Of a stretch of 64,000 nt of DNA, positions 58,142-64,000 are shown in pieces. How positions within the stretch are numbered: the stretch's first letter is position 1; the number at the start of each line of letters is the position of its first letter. The notes beneath the pieces were generated by a model. The model saw only the letters and a list, made by a program, of their open reading frames with translations, was not told the origin of the DNA and ran no database searches. Position numbers and translations under genes: made by a program. Source of the DNA: an uncultured Candidatus Micrarchaeota archaeon (GTDB lineage Archaea; Micrarchaeota; Micrarchaeia; Micrarchaeales; Micrarchaeaceae); contig CAVUGN010000002.1 in assembly GCA_963741095.1 (NCBI GenBank), forward strand, positions 64,001 through 128,000, written 5' to 3'.

Positions 58142-59158
58142 TCAGAAGACGACCTGATTCTGCCGTCCTGCCGCTCCTCCACCAACCTGCGAACCGAAGT
58201 ATATCGACTGCTCTGAGAGCACCTGCTCCGGCACCTCGTAGGAGACCTTCGAATATGCCAGCAGCATCAGCGCTACAAGCCCGATGGCGCTTATGATTCC
58301 CATGTACAGCAGTCCGCTGCTCAGGAACTGGTAGCTGAACAGCACGGTCTCCGCAAGCCCGGTGATGAGGCCTATGGCGAAGCCCTTGTCCGACTGTATG
58401 AGTATGAAAATGGCTGCGAAGAGGCCGACTCCGGTCACCACCAGCCCGAGCAGCGCGCTCCCGTAGCTGTAGTTCAGATTTGCCAGGAAGTTGGGCAACC
58501 CAGACGAAGAGACGGCCTGGAATATGTACGCCAGCTGGCCGCTCGCAAAATACACGAAAGCGATGAACGCGAACAGGAACAGTCCCGCCGATATGAGGCT
58601 GATGCCGCTGTAGCTTGCGTACATCTCCTGGGCAAAGTTCTCCGACACCTTGTCTATGTCCTCAAGGCAGTAGTAACCGTGGCTGAATTCGACAGTATCC
58701 TCGTAGCAGAACGGCCTGTGGCAGTAGTCGCACACGGCATAGGCCGGCCTCCAGGGATGCCATTCGCAGAACTTGCCCTTTGCCTCGTCGCGCTCCTTGC
58801 CCGCATTCCTTTCAACCCTTTCGGGCATCGTCGAGGGCTGTGGCGCGGGCAAAGGGTGCACCTGCGTTTCAACTGGCGGCTCAACCTCGAAACGGCCTGC
58901 AGCCACGATCGGCTGCGCCGCCTGCGCTTTTTCCGGCTGGACCAACTCTCTCTTCTTGCCTCCGAAAATACCAGATAGTAAACCTTCGCCTTTTGGGGTC
59001 GCGGGCTTCTGCACGGGCTCCGCGGCCTTTGCCGGTGCTGCCGCTTCTGCCGCCGGCTCGACCCTCGCCGCTTCAACGGTCTGTGGCTTTTCGACTGCGG
59101 AGGTGCTCTTGCCTTTCCCTCTTAGCTTGAAGATCAAAAGATCCTCCGCCTCTACCAT
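58142..59158 (-). CDS. hypothetical membrane protein with a B-box-like zinc finger
   Basis: P/A-rich N-terminus; CEWHP....CDYC..PFC..D......YC; about four TM segments. Confidence 0.75.
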   Translation of the reverse strand: MVEAEDLLIFKLRGKGKSTSAVEKPQTVEAARVEPAAEAAAPAKAAEPVQKPATPKGEGLLSGIFGGKKRELVQPEKAQAAQPIVAAGRFEVEPPVETQVHPLPAPQPSTMPERVERNAGKERDEAKGKFCEWHPWRPAYAVCDYCHRPFCYEDTVEFSHGYYCLEDIDKVSENFAQEMYASYSGISLISAGLFLFAFIAFVYFASGQLAYIFQAVSSSGLPNFLANLNYSYGSALLGLVVTGVGLFAAIFILIQSDKGFAIGLITGLAETVLFSYQFLSSGLLYMGIISAIGLVALMLLAYSKVSYEVPEQVLSEQSIYFGSQVGGGAAGRQNQVVF

Positions 59159-59391
59159 CAGATCATCTTATTGGATTTCTCGATAGCCTTCCTCTTGAGC
59201 TTCTCGAAAATGCCCCTGTGCTTTGCGCAGCTTATGCAGTAGTAAACCTTCCTCCTCTCAAAGAACCTCACGTCCTGTGGCGTGTGGGTGTCCGTGCTGA
59301 AGGTGGTCGACCTCTCGTCTATAACGGCCTTGTTCCTTGGAACCTTCCTGCCGCAAGACTCGCATGTTGTTAGCGCGTCTCTTCCTCTCAT
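59158..59391 (-). CDS. rps26e: 30S ribosomal protein S26e (short form)
   Basis: CESCGRKVPRNKAV and YYCISCAKHRGI. Confidence 0.88.
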   Translation of the reverse strand: MRGRDALTTCESCGRKVPRNKAVIDERSTTFSTDTHTPQDVRFFERRKVYYCISCAKHRGIFEKLKRKAIEKSNKMI

Positions 59392-59522
59392 AAAACCTCG
59401 ATATAATCTCAAAACGAGAAGATTAATAACCCTTTACTAGCGGAAGAGCCTTTTCATGCCCGCGATCGCAGCCAACGGCAGAAGATATAAATACTCAAAA
59501 TCGGTAATAAAGACAGCCAAAG

Positions 59523-60119
59523 GTGGATGCTACGAAAGCCTACATTCTAAGCGAGAACGAATCCCATGGAATAGCTCTGGCGAACGTCGTGAACGCCGCG
59601 GGCAACACCGCAATAATGGAGGAGCACGAGTCCGAGAGCTACACGGACCTGATTGACGATGCGGTGGAGAGCCTTGGCAACGACTATGACCTCACCATAC
59701 TTGTCACCAGAAAGCCCTTCGAGGCGAGCATAGCCGCGAACAAGACCAACAAGCTCAGGGCCGTGGTGTGCCGGACTCAGGCAGACGCATCAAAGGCAAG
59801 GCAGGCCAGGGCGAACATCGTGATCATGGACGACGGCGAGTTCACCAAGACGAGCGCCTCTGGGATAATGCGCGGCTGGATAGGCTCCGCGCCAGACTCT
59901 TCGGAAGAAGAGGAAGAGCCGGAGAAGGGCATCAGCATAACCGAGATGGGGCAGAGCGCAATCAGCGCGCTCAATTCGAAGATTGGCATGATAAAAAAGC
60001 CGTCGCGCCAGAAGGCCAGGGCCAAGTCCGAAAGCAAGGACGAAGACGATGACGACATCCAGAAGCCCAAGGGCGGCGGGCTGATAAAGAACATCAAGTA
60101 CATGTTCGGCATCGAGTGA
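59523..60119 (+). CDS. RpiB/LacAB-like protein lacking catalytic motifs, with a charged C-terminal extension
   Basis: SIAANK...RAVVC......A...ANI..M matches the RpiB core; no DH or CGTG motif. Confidence 0.65.
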   Translation: MDATKAYILSENESHGIALANVVNAAGNTAIMEEHESESYTDLIDDAVESLGNDYDLTILVTRKPFEASIAANKTNKLRAVVCRTQADASKARQARANIVIMDDGEFTKTSASGIMRGWIGSAPDSSEEEEEPEKGISITEMGQSAISALNSKIGMIKKPSRQKARAKSESKDEDDDDIQKPKGGGLIKNIKYMFGIE

Positions 60120-60163
60120 GCGGATACTCGCCCGGGCAATGCGAATTTAATATCTCCCCGCGC

Positions 60164-61075
60164 ATGTTAACTACGAAAAGTGGGCAATTGTCACCTCAAA
60201 AAAACCTAAAGGAAGTGTCGATAGCAGGATGCAGGGACGAAATAACCGATTACACCATATACACAAGGCTCTCGAACATAGGCAAAGACAAAAAACTTGC
60301 CGGCATCTTCTCAAGATTGGCGGCCACAGAACACAAGCATTACCTGTTCTGGAGCCGGTACTGCAAAGGTGTGGAAGTCCATCCGGACACCCCCAAAATC
60401 TACTTCATGCTTTTCCTGCGGCATGTGCTCGGCGCTGCTTTCGTCGTAAAATACCTCGAAAGCACTGAGGCGACCGCGGTCAGAAACTACAACTCCATAA
60501 GATCTCTGATACCAAAGAAGGACGAGAAACTGCTCGACGCAATCATCAAAGACGAAGAGGAGCACGAGAAGGCGATCGCGGACCAGATCCAGGGATCATA
60601 CATAAAATACATCTCGTTCATCGTGCTCGGCCTTGCGGATGCGCTGGTCGAGGTCACAGCCATATTCACCGGATCACTGGGCGTTTACCACTCTACAACG
60701 CTGACCGGCCTTGCCGGAATAATAGCCGGGGCGGCAGCATCAATCTCGATGGCCTCTGCAGCATACCTACAGGCGAAGCAGGGGTTCAAGGGCTCACCGT
60801 TCATAGCCGCGGCGTACACCGGCTCGTCGTACTTCCTTAGCACTCTCGTTCTTGCGATGCCCTACTTCCTGACCAGCACCATGTACAACGCAATGGCGAT
60901 ATCAATAGCGCTCTGCGTCCTGATAATCGCCTCGGTGAGCTGGTACAACTCCATACTCACGGGAAGCAACTTCAAGAAGGATTTCACCGAGCTGGCCGGC
61001 ATAATGTTCGTGACCGCCATAATACTCTTCATCATCGGCCTGCTGATACGCAACGCCTTCGGCATAGTGGTATGA
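60164..61075 (+). CDS. rubrerythrin-like / VIT1-CCC1 fusion (MbfA-like iron exporter)
   Basis: E..H motifs (TEHKH, DEEEHE) followed by VLGLADALVE, SISMA..YL and TM helices. Confidence 0.88.
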   Translation: MLTTKSGQLSPQKNLKEVSIAGCRDEITDYTIYTRLSNIGKDKKLAGIFSRLAATEHKHYLFWSRYCKGVEVHPDTPKIYFMLFLRHVLGAAFVVKYLESTEATAVRNYNSIRSLIPKKDEKLLDAIIKDEEEHEKAIADQIQGSYIKYISFIVLGLADALVEVTAIFTGSLGVYHSTTLTGLAGIIAGAAASISMASAAYLQAKQGFKGSPFIAAAYTGSSYFLSTLVLAMPYFLTSTMYNAMAISIALCVLIIASVSWYNSILTGSNFKKDFTELAGIMFVTAIILFIIGLLIRNAFGIVV

Positions 61076-61173
61076 GAAATCCACGATGGACGTGCAATTT
61101 CCGAATGAAAGTAAAAAACAGGGCAGATAGGTTTAAAATACTTTCAAATCGCAAAATTACCTTAGTGCAAGTG

Positions 61174-62994
61174 ATGAGCAGCCAGGACAGTGTGTATGCT
61201 GAAGGGGTGAAAGACGATTCAACCAGCCAGAAGTCTGCGTCTTCGAACAACCCTGCTTCTACCGATCCGGCGCTCGCCCCGTACCACAGGACCATCGAAG
61301 AGATAGAGCGCATGCCCATAGTGGACCGGACCACAACCATCTGCCCGGAGTGCAAGCTGCTCATAGAGGGCATACTCTACAAGGACGAAGAGAACGTCAT
61401 GATAAGGAAGCGATGCCCGGAACACGGGTGGACCATCGAGAAGTACTGGGAAGACTACGACATGTACATGAAGATGAGGAATTACGGCTATTCTGGAAGG
61501 GGATTCGACAATCCAAACTACACCACCGACACGAAGGGCGCGAACTGCCCGTTCGACTGCGGCATGTGTGAGCGCCACAAGACGCACACTGGACTGGCCA
61601 ACGTCGTCGTGACCAACAGGTGCCACATGTCCTGCTGGTACTGCTTCTTCTTCGCAAAGGAGGGCGAGCCGATATACGAGCCGAACCTCGACGAGATAAG
61701 GAAGATGTTCAAGAACCTGAAAAACCAGAAGCCCATCTCGACAAATGCGATACAGATAACCGGCGGCGAGCCGACGATGCACCCGCAGATACTCGACATA
61801 GTGCGGATGGCAAAAGAGGAGGGGTTCGACCAGGTGCAGCTCAACACCACCGGAATAAACATCGGGCTCAATCCCGACCTTGCATACCAGCTGAAGCATG
61901 CTGGCACGAGCACGCTCTACATGAGCTTCGACGGCGTGTCGAAGAGGACAAACCCGAAGAACCATTGGGAGATACCGATGATTCTCGATGCCGCGAAGAA
62001 ATCCAAGCTCGGCGTGGTGCTTGTACCCGCAGTCATAAGGACCGTGAACGAGCACGAGCTGGGGGCTATGATAAATTTCGCGCTCAACAATCTGGATGTG
62101 GTAAGGGCTGTAAACTTCCAGCCCGTCTCTCTGGTGGGCAGGATGCCGACCGGGATGAGGGAGAAGCAGAGAATAACGATACCCGGCGCGATAAAGCTGA
62201 TAGAGCAGCAGACGAACGGTGTGATAAAGAGGCAGGACTGGTTCACGGTGCCCTACGTGGGCAGCGTAAACATGTTCATCGAGGCACTCACGGGCGAATA
62301 CAAGTACGACCTGTCGGTGCATTTCGCGTGCGGCGCGGGCTGCTACCTCTTCCTGGATTCAGACAACAAGATCATACCCCTGACGGAGTTCGTCGACGCC
62401 CCGGGGCTCTTCGAGTACATCAACAACGCCACCAAGGAGATGGAGGGGAAGGGCAAGCTCGCAAGAAAGGCCATAGCCATGAAGGCGCTGCTCGGCCTCG
62501 GCAAGTTCATAGACCGGACGAAGCAGCCGAAGAGCGTCAACTTCACCGAACTGCTAAAGTCCATATTCCTGAAGCATGACTTCTCGGCCATGGGCAAGTT
62601 CCACATGAAGAGCCTGTTCCTCGGCATGATGCACTTCCAGGACGAGTACAACTATGACGTGCACCGGGTGGAGAAATGCGGCGTCCATTACGCGATGCCC
62701 GACGGCGAGGTGCTTCCATTCTGCACATTCAACATCTTCCCCGAAATCTACAGGGACAAGATACAAAAGCAGTACAGCACTCCTGCTGGCGAGTGGCAGA
62801 AAACCCACCCGGGCTGGTCCTACTCGAAGGACAAGTACATCAGGAACATCAAGCAACTTGAGTCATCAAGGGCTTACCGGAAGACTTACGGCAGCAAGCT
62901 CGAAGATTATTTCGCACTGCCGATAAACGGCGGAAAGCCCGTGGCGAACTTCATGCTGGGCAAGCTGGAAGGACAGAAAAGCGGTGACAAATGA
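61174..62994 (+). CDS. tes: tetraether lipid synthase Tes / GDGT-MAS-like radical SAM enzyme (MJ0619 family)
   Basis: CPEC...CPEHG, CPFDCGMC..H, TNRCHMSCWYCFF, GGEPT, NFQPVS..GR, H..CG, C.VHY..PDG...PFC.FN. Start reassigned to ATG 61174 after a TATA-like TTTAAAATA. Confidence 0.85.
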   Translation: MSSQDSVYAEGVKDDSTSQKSASSNNPASTDPALAPYHRTIEEIERMPIVDRTTTICPECKLLIEGILYKDEENVMIRKRCPEHGWTIEKYWEDYDMYMKMRNYGYSGRGFDNPNYTTDTKGANCPFDCGMCERHKTHTGLANVVVTNRCHMSCWYCFFFAKEGEPIYEPNLDEIRKMFKNLKNQKPISTNAIQITGGEPTMHPQILDIVRMAKEEGFDQVQLNTTGINIGLNPDLAYQLKHAGTSTLYMSFDGVSKRTNPKNHWEIPMILDAAKKSKLGVVLVPAVIRTVNEHELGAMINFALNNLDVVRAVNFQPVSLVGRMPTGMREKQRITIPGAIKLIEQQTNGVIKRQDWFTVPYVGSVNMFIEALTGEYKYDLSVHFACGAGCYLFLDSDNKIIPLTEFVDAPGLFEYINNATKEMEGKGKLARKAIAMKALLGLGKFIDRTKQPKSVNFTELLKSIFLKHDFSAMGKFHMKSLFLGMMHFQDEYNYDVHRVEKCGVHYAMPDGEVLPFCTFNIFPEIYRDKIQKQYSTPAGEWQKTHPGWSYSKDKYIRNIKQLESSRAYRKTYGSKLEDYFALPINGGKPVANFMLGKLEGQKSGDK

Positions 62995-63617
62995 TGGACA
63001 GGAGAGACGCACCCATGGCAACGGGCCCCAACGAAGCCGCACAAGGATCCAATCTCGGCCCCTACGTGATCGAGGACGGGAAGCAGTACCGCATGCCATA
63101 CGGGATCGTGAGGAAGGCGACCTTCTCAAACCTAAAGAAGGCCGAGCTTATGGACACACCGCACTCGGCGAGGCTCCAGTACCGGCTTATGCTTCTCGGA
63201 GCGGTGATAAAAGCCGCAGTTGATTTCGACGACGCGCGAATAACAATAATCTACAATCCAAGCAACGCGGACAACAGGAGCGATAAGACGACTCTGGGCG
63301 AATTGATAGGTGCGCTCTCAAAGGAAGGGGTCAAAACTGATCAAGCCAGCACCAGCGACACCGATTACGACTACTACAAGGACATCTACACCTACTCCTA
63401 CAACCCGAAGACCATAAAGGAGAGCCCGCCCTACGGCTACACCGAAACTGAGTGGTCCAAGATGCGCGCAAAGTGGCAGAAAAAGATGGAAGAATCCAAG
63501 ATCAAGAAGCAGGCGAAGTTCAGGCTCTGGCAGGAAAACTATCTAAACTCGAAATCGGGCATCACGCAGAAGATAGCCGAAGAGCATGCGAACGAAGCCG
63601 CGAGCACGACCGACTGA
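62991..63617 (+). CDS. hypothetical protein with an HMA/ferredoxin-like core, translationally coupled to tes
   Basis: ATGA overlap with tes; V.AAVDFDDARITIIYNP...L..AL.K.G resembles an HMA fold without CxxC. Confidence 0.65.
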   Translation: MMDRRDAPMATGPNEAAQGSNLGPYVIEDGKQYRMPYGIVRKATFSNLKKAELMDTPHSARLQYRLMLLGAVIKAAVDFDDARITIIYNPSNADNRSDKTTLGELIGALSKEGVKTDQASTSDTDYDYYKDIYTYSYNPKTIKESPPYGYTETEWSKMRAKWQKKMEESKIKKQAKFRLWQENYLNSKSGITQKIAEEHANEAASTTD

Positions 63618-63619
63618 GG

Positions 63620-64000
63620 TCAGTTCTTGCGCATGTGGCCCATCCTCATCTCCGCCGCGACCACCGGTTCCTCCAGCTTGAAATTCTCCAGCACCTGCGG
63701 GGCTATCTCACCGAAGTAACCCACGACATCATTGCCTATGCTCATTCTTGCGCACCGGCCTTTTATGAAAGCGGGGTCGTCGAAGTCCTCTATCGAGTAT
63801 TTGCCGCCGCCGATGTGCCTCATTATCGCCTCGACCACGGATTTGATCTCCGCGAAATTGGCCTTCGAATGCTCGCTGACAATGCCCATGAGGTGGGTCT
63901 CCTTCACCTTGCCCTTCTCGACGCTGAACGCGCTTCCGATCTCGAAAAGCCTTTGCGGCATGCGCTCGTGCGCGGACTGGCCGAGGTTCTGCAGCAGCTG
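63620..64000 (-). CDS. pheT: phenylalanyl-tRNA synthetase beta subunit, 3' end
   Basis: PQRLFEIG, ANFAEIKS, FIKGRCA, GEIAP.VLENF.L..PV...E; open at the window end. Confidence 0.92.
   Translation of the reverse strand, partial: QLLQNLGQSAHERMPQRLFEIGSAFSVEKGKVKETHLMGIVSEHSKANFAEIKSVVEAIMRHIGGGKYSIEDFDDPAFIKGRCARMSIGNDVVGYFGEIAPQVLENFKLEEPVVAAEMRMGHMRKN

Noticed and set aside
1-64000. CRISPR arrays, rRNA genes, IS elements, inteins in RadA, GyrA, GyrB or Lhr
   Set aside because: No repeat-spacer periodicity, rRNA motifs or transposase seen; protein lengths and motif spacing leave no room for inteins

Overview
An archaeal chromosome segment, almost fully coding. The gene set and the multi-unit tRNA splicing endonuclease point to a DPANN archaeon, most likely Micrarchaeota (inference). 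Contents in order: endA (partial), dph5, radA, DUF92, and a complete indirect Asn-tRNA pathway cluster (non-discriminating aspS, gatCAB, tRNA-Asn). Next come gyrBA, a degenerate aTrm56, Lhr helicase, a membrane-anchored G1-peptidase-like protein, dtdA, nuoABCD, pfdB, a DHH nuclease, mre11 and an ABC exporter. These are followed by thermosome-adk-DUF106-rpl34e-cmk/rpl14e (cmk and rpl14e fused in frame), SSB, surface-glycosylation genes, and an intron-containing tRNA-Trp with a small AT-rich accessory island. The remainder holds uppP, a SelB-like factor, ZIP, a secretion ATPase, the rps19e-to-ftsY operon, nop5, glyS, ogg, an AT-rich inserted zinc-finger/Vsr-like endonuclease, translin, an aminotransferase, ADP-forming acetyl-CoA synthetase, a beta-CASP RNase, eS26, an RpiB-like pseudoenzyme, rubrerythrin-VIT1, a tetraether synthase (Tes)-like radical SAM enzyme with a coupled unknown partner, and the 3' end of pheT. 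No CRISPR array, rRNA or transposase was seen. Best leads: the inserted free-standing endonuclease, the Tes gene plus partner, a candidate structured ncRNA upstream of radA, the tRNA-Trp intron, the transamidosome cluster with an atypical T-loop tRNA, and several uncharacterised membrane-tethered proteins. All product calls come from motif recognition by eye; no searches were run.
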